Assembly (NCBI GenBank): GCA_946965045.2
Contig: OX337229.1
Location: 5,084,001-5,148,000 of the forward strand
DNA length: 64,000 nt
Source of the DNA: Epithemia pelagica
Lineage: Eukaryota > Protista > Bacillariophyta
Reading direction: 5' to 3'
In this document: in pieces, positions 42,945 to 53,962 of the stretch
Position numbering within the stretch: the first letter of the stretch is position 1
Layout of the letters: each line of letters begins with the position of its first letter
Translations under genes and position numbers: made by a program
Notes under the pieces: model-generated
What the model was told of the DNA's origin: nothing
The model's database searches: none
Seen by the model: only the letters and a program-made list of their open reading frames with translations

Positions 42945-44008
42945 CTAAAGGGCCACCATTTTGTGGCGCATTCCACCCTCGAATTTTGCATCCGGTTCGT
43001 CTAGGAATACCATCAGTGCACGAAATCCATTGATAGTGTCAAACAAAAACTCGTAGTCAAACTTTGACTGTACTGCAAAAGGCAAAGAGAGGACAAACTT
43101 GGATCTCACATAATCAGTCTGTTTTTCTTTCAATTGATTGAATGCATCTTCTAGAGCCAATTTCTTACGAATGTTTTCATCCTTCTCCATCCACTCCTGG
43201 GAGAACTGCTTCAACAGTTCTCCCACATCTGTGCTATTGGTAGGCCAAATGATTGTCACAATCAGTTCCTTCTGTGACTCACCAACCTCAATGTCGCAAT
43301 TTGTTGTATCTCTGTGCGCAACCCCAGTGGGCAGGTTGATCACTACAACCACATGCTTTTGTTTGTTCTGATCCACCCACTGGGTCAGCACATGAGGGGG
43401 CGTCCATTCTTTCATCATATCCTTCTTTTCTGACTTCTTTCTCTTGTTTTCCAATGCTCCAAGGTCAGCACCACCAACTGGAACGGCGACTCCAGACCTT
43501 TTTTTCTCTTTTCCTTGTAACAAATTCATAGCTATACTCTTAATTTTATCTGTAGAGAAAGAGAGAAAGAGCAATAGATGAGAGAACATTAGGTAGGTAC
43601 CAAGAAGTCGCCAATTTTGATCACGTACCATGACTTACCTGGTGCACCTGGTGCCTTCTTCTTCCCAAACAAACCAGAACCAGGGGGAAGGTCGTCGTCT
43701 GCATCATCCTCAACATCTTCCAATGGATTGAAACTCTCTTCCTTGCTGGTCACCTTACTGTCCTGTTCCTTTGGGCCATCTCTCAAATGGTATCCATATT
43801 TTTTTTTGAGTTTATTCAATGCAGTACGAAATGATTCAAGCTTGTACTTCATGAACTGTGGATGATCAGACCACACTTGCTTTGGTGCAGCGCTTGCTGC
43901 AAAGGCACGATTTTTTACCAAGTCTTCCAGGTACTCAGCGTCTGCTGTCCTGGAATCCCAAGAGAGTAAGGGACCTTCACCAAGGGAGTTCCTACCGGAG
44001 CGTGTCAT
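42945..44008 (-). CDS. Harbinger accessory (ORF1, putative DNA-binding) protein, 2 exons, ~324 aa
   Basis: Exons 44008-43639 and 43549-42945 (GTAAGT..CAG). The N-terminal helical domain WDSRTADAEYLEDLV..PKQVWSDHPQFMKYKLESFRTALNKLKKK fits the Myb/SANT-like partner expected in Harbingers (inferred). Confidence 0.8.
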
Positions 44009-44736
44009 AGCAATTTTGGAATGAACGTTGGGGAGTTTAGTACCTGGGTGGTTTTTTTGGCAAAACCAAACTATGACCAAGAAAGCATACTGGGTAATTG
44101 GTATTCTGGTCTGACCAGGATCAGACCGGGTCTGATCCTGATTCTTATAAATGAAGATTTCTCCATGACATTGGCACTTATGCCAATACTGAACCGACCT
44201 CCTTGTTCCTTATTTAATGAGTTAACTGTGGGTCGATTTAATATAAGGATTAATTACGTAGGTTGTCTTTGGGTCTGGTGGTAAAAAAACGACCCAGGTC
44301 GTTTTTTTCGACCCAGGCAGCTTTTTCATTGGCAGACCAGACGACCTTGTTGATGAGCAATGTTTAGGCTTAAGTTATATCTAGTTAACTCTTTTTTCAG
44401 TGAATAAGAGGGTCGCTTCTATACTGTTTCTAGAGAGACTTGCGAAAAGTTATTCATGTTTCAATATTGGTCCTCATCACTGAAACTGATACAGTGGTCT
44501 GATCCAAGATCTGACCGGATCAGACCCAAGTGACCCAGAAATAGTGACTGTGACCATTTCTGTACTTAGATTACTCCATGGCGTTCACGTAAAGACAGTC
44601 ATACATTAAATTCGAACACTACTATAACGAAAATTCTTGATGAACGAAAAGGAATAGAGTTTTGGCATTGGAACTTAGCTTCACTGCACGGCATGGGCAC
44701 CAACATGAATATCGCATAAACTCACAATTCCTGACG

Positions 44737-45676
44737 ATGGAGGTGAATGCAGGAACATTCATTCAAAGTGCTCTTCCTATGATGGGGAAGAATGGGAATC
44801 CAACAACAAATGAGTTTCATAGAGCTTTTCGAGGCTATTTCAGTCTAACCCCTTCTCTTTGTGTGCATGTGTGGGACGAAATAGAGAACCTTCTGCCAAG
44901 AGGAGGGAAGCCATTCCACCTGTTGTGGGGACTTCTTTACCTTAAGGTTTACGCCTCAGAAGATGTCCTGGTGGCAATTGCAAATACAACAAGAAAGACT
45001 TTTAGAAAGTGGAGTAAGATAGTGACAAAGCTGATGGCTCATCTTAACTATGTAAGTACTGGTAAGTGTTCATGAGGACGGCGTGTACCAGTTTGTCAGC
45101 ATTGTATTCTCACCATCTTTGTCCTGTTTTCTTTAGATAAAATGGGAAAATAGATATGATGCAAGAAAAGAAGGACAATGTTGCTTCATTACTGTTGATG
45201 GAACAGACTTTAGAATTTTTGAGCCTGCTCCATTTGACCCTAAGTGGTTTTCCCACAAATTCAAGGGACCTGGGCTGCGTTATGAAATTGGAGTATGCAT
45301 CAACACTGGGTGGATTGTGTGGTGGAATGGCCCATACCCTTGTGGGACATGGGCAGACCTCAATATCAGCAGAGATTGGCTCATAGACGAAGTGGATGAA
45401 GGGGAAATGATGGTTGCAGATGGAGGCTACAATGATGGTGGAGAATACTTCATTACACCGTCTGGACACAACAACTTTATGGACAAAATGATGGCTGATG
45501 CAAGAGCACGACATGAAGTAGTCAACAGCTACTTCAAAAGGTACAACATTCTAAAAGACAAATACAGAGGTGACCTTGGATGGCACAATGTGGTTTTTGG
45601 GGCGGTGGTAAATTTGGTCCAGCTTTGTATCGAAAACAACGACCTCGATGTATTCCAAGTCGAAGTAGAAGATTAG
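44737..45676 (+). CDS. Harbinger DDE transposase (DDE_Tnp_4/HARBI1-like), 2 exons, ~284 aa
   Basis: Exons 44737-45051 and 45137-45676 (GTAAGT..TAG). Motifs ITVDGTDFRI, WFSHKFKGPGLRYEIGV, VADGGY, RARHEVVNSYFK. Confidence 0.93.
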
Positions 45677-45853
45677 TCTAGCTAGTAGTGCTAAGTGTAG
45701 TGGTCGAAAGACCGGGTGGAGGTGGGTTTAGCTACACTAATTACGTTAGACTGTACTCCTTTGTTATGACTACCTATCTTTTCAATACGTATGGAAACCA
45801 TATAGATAGAACAACGTTCTGGTATCAGATAATATCAGGTTTACCCCACACTC

Positions 45854-45920
45854 CTGGTGTCCACTGTGGTTTCGAGTTGGTTTCGAGTTGGTTTTGAGTT
45901 GGTTTCGGGTTGGTTTCGAC
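45854..45920. repeat. Minisatellite array A, right part
   Basis: CTGGTGTCCACTGTGGTTTCGAGTTGG.. continues the array at 42678-42761. Confidence 0.9.
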
Positions 45921-46299
45921 CCCTCTACAAACTGTGAACGCAATAATCAAACATTCTCGTTCTTTTCTGTCATTGTCAAATGATGCGTCCCATGATCCTA
46001 AAGCGGAGCTACCGCTGACAGGTGTTGGGCAACAAGATTTCACAGGGGATATGGCGAAGCAATCCTATCCTACAACTAGCTCAAACAGTACAAATCGCCT
46101 CCTCTACTCTACGAGTTGCATAGTCCATAGGAAATCTAGCTTAAATGAGCATCGTTCACGTTCATCCACCCGATGCTCAAAATCTTGTCGTCAATCCGTT
46201 TGCCTTAGTTGATTGTTGTTACATCCATTCAAGTCCAACAGGAATGTTGTTTGCAGTGTTGTCGCTGGCATGATGCTCGTCCGAATAGTTTGCGTCTAG

Positions 46300-47470
46300 T
46301 TGAGTATGGTCGTGGTGTTGTTGCCTTTGTTTCGTTCGGGCGTAACGAGGAGCTGATTGTTTAGTATGGTGCTGCTACCGAGGCCGTGAGAAAGGAGAAG
46401 GATTTGATTGTTGCGGATAGTGTCATTGTCACGGATTAATTCGCTCGACCGAAAGGAGGAGCGGATTGTTGGATGTGGTATTGTTTTCGTTGTCACCACT
46501 TGCTGTCGTTGTCGCTCGTTTTCGTTCGTTGTCATTGTCGCCGCTTGTGTTGTCGCTCGTTGTGGTTATGGTTGTCGTTTTCGCTCGTTGTCGTTCTCAC
46601 CGAGTCCTGTCGTTGTCGTTTTCGCTCGCTGTCGTTGTTGCCACTTGTGGTTGTGGTTGTGGTTGTCGCTGCTAGTCGCTTGCCGTCGTTGTCGTTGCTG
46701 CGACAGTCGTTGTCGCTGCTTGTCGTTGTTGCCGCTAGTCGTTGTTGCCGCTAGTCGTTGTTGCCGTATGTTGTCGATGTCGCGTCTGGTTGTCGCCATC
46801 GCCACTACTATTGCCTTCTCAACGATTTCGATTGATTGTTGAGTATGGTGTTGTTGTTGTTGCCGTTGTTGTTGTCGCTGTTGTTTCGTTCGGGCGAAAC
46901 GAGGAGTTGACCGCGGATTGTTTCGTTGTCGAAAGAAGGTTGATTGTTGCGTTTGGAGATGTCGCAACACCGGTTGTAGGAGGACAAGAAGATGAGAAGG
47001 CCAGATCCGAGACAATCAGATCACCTTGTTGCATTCATGTTGCTTCTTGTTGTTTGGGAGGTGGTTGTTTGTTGCTTCCTTGTTGTGGTTGGTTTCGTTG
47101 TTGGGTCAAAACAATCAGTCTGGTTGCCGTGTGTCCTTGTCGTTGCCCTCCCATGCCTTACCCATCCATGTCGAATCTTCCATTGTCGTCACTGCCTGCA
47201 ATCTTCGTTTATTCCATCATCATTCGACTCCAGTCTTGATCCTCTTGTTGCTTCGTTCCAACCAAAAAGTGGAAGACTTCCCAAACTTGCCGTACGTCTG
47301 TGAAACTAGCCAACTCATCCCCGCCCGTCCATTCCCTCACGGTACACTTGGTTCGTTCCGCGGAGCTTTCGTGTTCTTGTCTATGAAGATTGGTGGTGGT
47401 CGTTGTTCTGTCGTTGTTTGATTGTTGTTGTGATCCTCGTGCTCTGATGTTGAGGGCGATCTGCACTAGC
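46300..47470 (-). repeat. CAA/CGACAA-rich repetitive tract, related (inverted) to the interior of the element at 53963-55666
   Basis: Degenerate (GTT/GTC)n on the + strand. It shares an ~80-bp unique block (47271-47350) with 54160-54239. Confidence 0.75.
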
Positions 47471-47514
47471 ACGCCAATCAACCCATCCAGACCGTCGTGG
47501 TGTCATGATTTTGT

Positions 47515-47654
47515 TGGTTTTGACTTGGTGTCGACTTGGTATCGACTTGGTGTCCACTTGGTTTCGACTTGGTGTCCACTTGTGTCCACTGGTTTCGACT
47601 TGGTGTCCACTGGTGTCCACTGTGGTTTCGACTTGGTTTCGACGTGGTTTCGAC
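47515..47654. repeat. Minisatellite array B (uninterrupted direct-orientation copy of array A)
   Basis: GGTTTCGACTTGGTGTCCACTTGTGTCCACTGGTTTCGACTTGGTGTCCACTGGTGTCCACTGTGGTTTCGA nearly matches the reconstructed empty site of array A. Confidence 0.92.
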
Positions 47655-48268
47655 ATTAACTCGAATCCACACGTGCTTGGGCCTTGCGGACTCGAAAACA
47701 TTTATAATTTAAACCCTAGTTTAACGGTCAAAATCAATTTTGATCTTATTTCAAGATCAAAAATCTTAAATATAATAAAGTCAACGGAAAGTCTCATTAA
47801 GTACTGCACTTATTCTGCTGTAGTAGATCGCTAAATTCACACTGTACCACTTTAGAAGACTACCACGAAAGCGGAAAAGTCCGTGCCGCCACCAAAGTAG
47901 CGGCTGTCCCTGTTGCTTGGTGCGTTGGCGTTTCAAGACCATTTGAGCGAGTGATTCCCTCGTGTTTGTAACTGTTGAAACTGTTCTGGAAAAGCAGAGT
48001 CGGTGGAACTTGCTCTGGAAAAGCAGAGACGGTAGATATTCGGGGTTAAGGTCCCAAAGGTTATCGTCTCCATGAGCGATGCGAAGTGGCGCTTAACACA
48101 AGCAGATATGTACAAAATATGTAAACTAGATTTTAAATTTAATATGTACTATTTCAATCTCTTCATCCCTCCTTCGACTATGCACAGTTTGTTTTGGCAG
48201 CGACCCTTTGAGCCCAAGCGTCGCCAATTGAGATGTTTTACGCTTTAGATGCATAGATGAATCGTGCT

Positions 48269-49704
48269 TCAATTCACTTTTGTGTCCGACATTTGCATAC
48301 GACCAAAGAGCTTTCGAGTCCAACGAACAACCCGGTGCGTTTTGCGAGTCTTCTTTTCAACTACGCTTGGGACAGCCGGAACGACTTTGTCCTCCACTGC
48401 TTGAGGAACAGGGACAGCCGCAGGGACAACCCGTGCTGTGTCTTCGACAATGGCAGAGGGTTTTACTTGGTCCTTGAGTTCAATCATCCCACTAGAGAGT
48501 AAACCAAAGATGAAAATCCAAAATACCAACATCCAGACCAACGCTCCGCGTCGTCCAGCTTTCTTGGTTGTGCTAGGATGCGCCAATTCTTCTGGTACTT
48601 CAGTGGCAGTCACCTCGTTGTCGCTCACTGGAGCAATCTCTGTGTAAGGGAGAAACGAAGTAAATAAGTGTGAATCCCCGAATTTGAAGTCCACGGAGGT
48701 GCTTGCCAAACAGTGTATCACGTACCAACTTCTGCTTCCGTATCTTTCGAGTCATCACTTTGTTGAATCTCAACACTGGAGGGACTTTCCGTCATCTGTT
48801 CCGTGGAGGAGGGAGAAGCGACTGCTTCATCCTCGGCCGAAGTCGTTTCGGACACATCGCTGTCCAAGTCTTCAATGGGGGTGTCTTCAAGTTCCTCGAC
48901 GCTTTCGGTGTTCACTCTGACAGTCACGTCATCAATGACAACCGTTTCATGTTGCTCGGGAAGAGACTTGTCCCGACTGGTCTCGTCTTCTTCCGATACA
49001 ACGTCATCGGTGTGATGAGAGGCCCATTCTTGCTGTTGTTTACGAAGAGCTCGCTTCTTCCAAGCTGCAGTTCTTCGCTTCCATGCGCCCCATCGTGTAG
49101 CCCAAACAAGCTTCCAGGCTCGAAGAAAGACAAAGATCATGTTTTTTCTTGTTTTCATTTTCTTGGCAAGAACGCCGCTCTGACGATCCTGTTTCACTTC
49201 CTTTTGTGGAACTGGCTGCGGCGAGATATCACCTTGTATGTCCTTGCTTTCCAAAGTGATACTTTCTTGAGTTTCGGTTGTTGTTGATATTTCCACCAAC
49301 TCCAAAATGGGACTCTCACTTTCCTCAGCTGTGTCCGTGACGTCAAAACGAACGCTTGTTTCCTTCTTGGAATCCGCTGGGACATTGTGTTCTTCAAGGG
49401 GTTGCATGAGCTGATCATCCATGTTGGGTGTCTCTGGCGCATTACAAGCCATGTTTGCGAGTCTCTCCTCAAACACAACGTCGTCCTCATCAAAAGAGGG
49501 GGCTTCTTCATGCACAGCTGTCGAATCATTCGCCTCGGAATGAGGCATCTCTTCTTTCTTCAATAAATCGATATGGTTCTGTTCATGAGTCGCATCCGTT
49601 TCCATGTACAGATGTTTCTCGTGCTCATTTGTATCCTGAACAGTGCCCATCGCCGAAGCGAGAGGGCACGAGAGACTTGTGTTTTCGACGACTGATGTTT
49701 GCAT
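48269..49704 (-). CDS. Acidic single-pass membrane protein (cluster member B1), 2 exons, ~449 aa
   Basis: Exons 49704-48726 and 48639-48269 (GTACGT..CAG, phase 1). TM segment ALVWMLVFWIFIFGLLSSGMIEL, C-terminal RVVRWTRKLFGR. Confidence 0.83.
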
Positions 49705-51206
49705 TCTGTCAAGCTACACGGATTAGTTTACAATTGTTACCTTGATGGTTGTTGAGCAAGTTCACGTGGCTTTCAAAGATATCTCTGCTCCAAGTTATAA
49801 TGAGAGTGTGGTGGACCCCAAACCACTCGCTCTCTTTTGGCGAGTCGGAGGGAGTTCATCGATCCACTACCTAGTCTATTGTGCTGGCTGCTGCGCTGTC
49901 GGATTCGTCTGTACAGCGGTGGTACAGCAAGCACGAAAAATTCACTCGTTTTTCGGCGGGGCGTAGGAGAGTTCCGATTCATTTAGCAAGAACCAAGCCT
50001 TGGATGATGCGATGGAGAGGGTGTGTGTGTGTGCGTGTCGGGGTTCGTCGATCATGAGTTGTTCGTCCTGCTTCCGGCGTTGCCGTGCGAACGACAAAAG
50101 GGAACGATGATGCGTAGGACAAAAGGTGAGGAGGACAAAGGAGAAGAGAACTGACTCACCCAGCTCGGATATTTTCTCTCTCGAGTGACAGAACATGGGG
50201 GATAGCTTCCGGATACAAAGATATTCAATATAAACACCCTATCTCCGAGAAATAGACCTCTCTTAAAGTATTCCTCTTCATATTTCTGCTCCGAAATCTG
50301 GGGTGTTGACACCTGATGTCAGAGCGAAACTCCCCCAGTCCCCACCCCCAATCCCCCATAGTTCGCGGTAAAACTTTGATGAGTCACGGTGAGTGCCTAT
50401 TTTAGCGATATACTATGAATGGATATGTTCTTTCCCGCTGGAGATTGCGTTCCCGAACGCATTTTCTCCAACTCCAGCGCGATCGTGTGTTCATCGTCCT
50501 GATTAATCTGGGTTGATGAGTAGACGGACCAACAACCCGACAAGTTGTGGTTTTGCTCTGATCTTGCCTACCTAGCTTCGAGCATGGCTATGATATATGA
50601 TATCCTTTCGATTTCGAGTGATGACTCAGATCTTCCACTCTTGCCTCCGTCAAATGTGACGCAACAAATGCTTTCTAGGAAACGATTGGGGACATCATCA
50701 TCGGCTGGAGTCACTACGGTACGTAGTCACTGGTTCTATGATAAGGAGCTCATGCGCTTTTGTGGAGAGATAACTTCGCTGAATTGAGTCGCTCTCTACG
50801 GCCCCCTCATATTTCGCTGATTGATGATGGGTGGGGTTTTGCGACCAACTTTTGCTGTGGATTTTAGCAAACTTTCTCGCTCGCGCTTGTTGCTTGCACC
50901 TCTTTGGCCGTACTCACCCTCATTATCAAATGTTGCGATTGTGCAATGCCATTAAAGACTTGGATCCAGCTCGTACTCCTGTGATGGTTGTGAGTTGAAG
51001 AAATGGCACAACTGACCCCTTGAAGCGTCGTTGGTGTAGGTCGTTGCGCTGCAATATTGACATCTAAAATGCTGTGTAGACTACCAGATGTTAAATTATG
51101 TACACTGGGGGCGGTCGATTGGAGCGACTGTCCAGATAGGGTTCCTGGTTGTCATTGTCGTTGACGGGGATAGATGCGGATTCGACTAGGTTGCCTCCAA
51201 CTGTTT

Positions 51207-52328
51207 TTATGATGGGACCTCTGCACGATTGCGACGGAACAATTTCTGGGCCCAACGAGCGACGCGGTTCTTACGTTGGTGTTGCTTGGTCGGTGATTCA
51301 GGTGCCAATCTATTCTTGTTGTCTTGAACTCCATCGTTAGTGTTCTCCTCCATGGTTTGAATAGGAGCTTCAACCTTTAATTGCCCGTGTTCCACGACGG
51401 ATTCTTGTTTGAGACCGTCGGATTCAATCTCAATGGTATCAACATCCTTTGATGCTTTTGAATTTTGCGTTAGCCGTTCAAGGCTGGTAGTGGATACTGG
51501 CATAGCACCTTTCATATCTGCAACACTGTTGTCGTCACTAACTTCTGAAAAAGAGTTGAGTTCGTCCATACTTCCATTGGAAATTTGTGCAATGGTTGCT
51601 GTTTGATTCTCTGCAGGATCAATATTCTTACTGACCACTGAATGAGGGTCGTGAAGTTCAATAATACCATTCGAAATCATGGCCAAAATCATGAGCCAGA
51701 ACACAATCAAATAAGCCAAATCACCAAGACTTTTTCCTTTGCCTGCTCCGGTGCTGTCGTTTGTTTCTTTGGCGACGAAGACTGGCAAATCAGTTTCAGA
51801 CAATTAGACAACAACAAAATAAACAATCAAGATTCGACAGGCTTGCTTCTAGTGGAAAACGAACGTACCTTTGTTGGTTCCATTCGCCTGCTGTTTTTCC
51901 ATTTTGTTGTCCACCATCTCAGAGCAACAATCGCACTGATCGCAATTGTCTTCTTGGTTCTCTTCCGCACCTGCCGTTTCTACGCTTGGCGGCACGTTCT
52001 CCTTCGTTTCCTGTGTCACTGCTTTCGACGTTGGTTCAGTCTGGTTAGCAGGTACCATTACCACTTCGGAAGGGACAGAAGCAGTAGAATCATCAACGTC
52101 TTCATCCTCTGAAGATCCTTCTGTACGGCTCGTATATTTCATTTGGTCGTCGTCAACCTTTTTGGCAGAAACGGTATCGTCGAGATTCTTGGAGGAGGAC
52201 TTGCCATCGTCGGATTGGGGCACGTCGTCGGATTCGACCTTCGCCCTTCCCTTGTCGTAACAAGGCGGATCCATCTGTGCCATTACCTTCCAGGTTGATC
52301 CAGTCAGTTGCTCTCCTTGTTTATGCAT
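51207..52328 (-). CDS. Acidic single-pass membrane protein (cluster member B2), 2 exons, ~344 aa
   Basis: Exons 52328-51869 and 51781-51207 (GTACGT..CAG, phase 1). TM segment LAYLIVFWLMILAMISNGIIEL, C-terminal RVARWAQKLFRR. Confidence 0.83.
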
Positions 52329-52962
52329 TATGGTGTTACGGAAGTTGCGAGCGGGAAAGGATGGTCAATTTCGAATCTACTCCTATGAGGTAAGCAGAGA
52401 GAAGAGATCTACAGAAATTCTCAAGCATTGTGTTGTCACTCTTCCCTCTCCGTCGGATCTCTCTGTCTCCCACATTCGACTTCGATTTTTGATGGGTTCA
52501 CGTTCGGTTTTGGATGAGGTCAGCAACCACGAGAACCAATTGAAATCCGCGAGCGCTGGATTACGTAGCGTCTTATCGAAAATTCACTGACTCACAAGAA
52601 CCATCAACTTGACTCCCCGCGAAAGCCTGCAAGTCCTTGCTAGTCGACGACAGGCCATCCTGCGAGCATTGCAGTCGCATCATATACGACTCCGGAGTCC
52701 GAAGTAGCCATAGCTACCCAAAGCCGTAGCCAGGACCAAAACGAAAACGAAGGTACTCCTACCTAGATGGTAGAAGGGCGAGAAGGAGAGGAAACAAACA
52801 AGCCATCAAAGTTGACAGACGTCGACCTAAGTGCCCATAATCCTGGTACACTCTTCTCGTTACTCTTTAGAAGAAGATTGGAGTAAAAAAAACTGGTTGT
52901 TAGGAGTAGTGCCAAAATTGGTACAGAAAATGTTGAAATCAAACACTTTCGGTTTAGGAGAG

Positions 52963-53792
52963 TCATTCTTCATCATCGTCATCATCGTCGTCGTCCATGT
53001 CTAGTTCGACTTGTTGAGCAACCGAGGATGCAAGCGCTATGGCCAACTCATGGGCAAACCTGCTGCTGACTATAGAGGAATCCCACATTATGATGTCGCC
53101 ACAAGATGTCCTGCTGCTTGGTTCTTGTGGTTGTAAGACATTCCGTTGTTGTGCTTGGGTGTCTTGCAACACCAGACTTCCCACAAGAATGCGTTCCATT
53201 CCCACCACCAATCCCTCGCGGACGACATGAGACCGTACACTTGTTCCAGTTTACGTCGTAAGAGGGGAAACACTGCAGATTCTGCTTCCTCCTGTTTCTG
53301 CTGCTGTGAGGCAACATCACAACATTCTTGATAGACTCGCGTCACAATACGTTGACACCAACTGTGTTGAGCCAGGAATTCTTGCACATCGGGCCCCAAT
53401 TGATCTCGAATCTTTTGCAACTCGGCATGAGTATACCAAGTAGAAGGTTCGTCTTCACTTTGATACAGCTCCAATCGAGTTTTGTGATCGTGTTGTGCTG
53501 ACATCTCATGGACTTGATTAGCGTTGATATCGAAGCGCACCGATTTTCGTGGCTTCTTTTGCTCGTGTTGTGGCTTGTTTGTTTCATGTTCTGGAGGCCC
53601 AGTGCTCTTTGGTGTTTCGTTGTCCCTTGTGACAGTCGAAGACAAGGATGTGGTGGAATCGTCATTAACTTCTACCTGCTGCAGCAACAGCAAATCCATC
53701 GACATGTCATTCTTTCCCTTGGACGAACGAACCAACTGACGCTTTCTCGTGGAAGAGGAAGGACGGAATGCCATACGCATGATTCTTGTCAA
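52963..53792 (-). pseudogene. Diatom-type hypothetical protein (SVRF..WY..E..GxE family) with one frameshift near 53215; pseudogene or assembly error
   Basis: The frame carrying KSVRFD..TWYTHAELQKIR..RRKLEQVYGL shifts into the frame carrying LVVGMERIL..SSRFAHELAIALA..DDDEE*. No plausible intron bridges the shift. Confidence 0.6.
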
Positions 53793-53962
53793 TCTGCTTC
53801 TTCTAGTTGCTGCTTTATGGTTTTATGAACATGCTTCTTCTTTCTCTTTCTTCTGGGTGATAGTAGTGGCGGAAACGGCCCTCGAATAGAATGAAGGCAT
53901 GCCTACTCGTAATCAAGGCTTTTGGTGGCGCTTTCTTCTCTCTTAGGTACGAGGTACGAGTA

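Larger units (their letters stand above)
42762..45853. mobile_element. Intact PIF/Harbinger transposon (3092 bp) with a CTG TSD
   Basis: 26-bp TIRs GAGAGTGGGGTAAACCTGATAATATC (42762-42787) and 45828-45853 match at 24/26. CTG at 42759-42761 and 45854-45856. Two divergent intact genes inside. Confidence 0.93.

Noticed and set aside
46408-47834. Long ORFs across the CAA/GTT-rich and minisatellite tracts (also 54523-55392)
   Set aside because: Stop-free frames are expected from the repeat composition, and the translations simply mirror the repeat.
42551-47844. Outer Tc1-like element defined by TA|CAGT...ACTG|TA enclosing the Harbinger and both arrays
   Set aside because: The inverted match does not extend beyond 4 bp.
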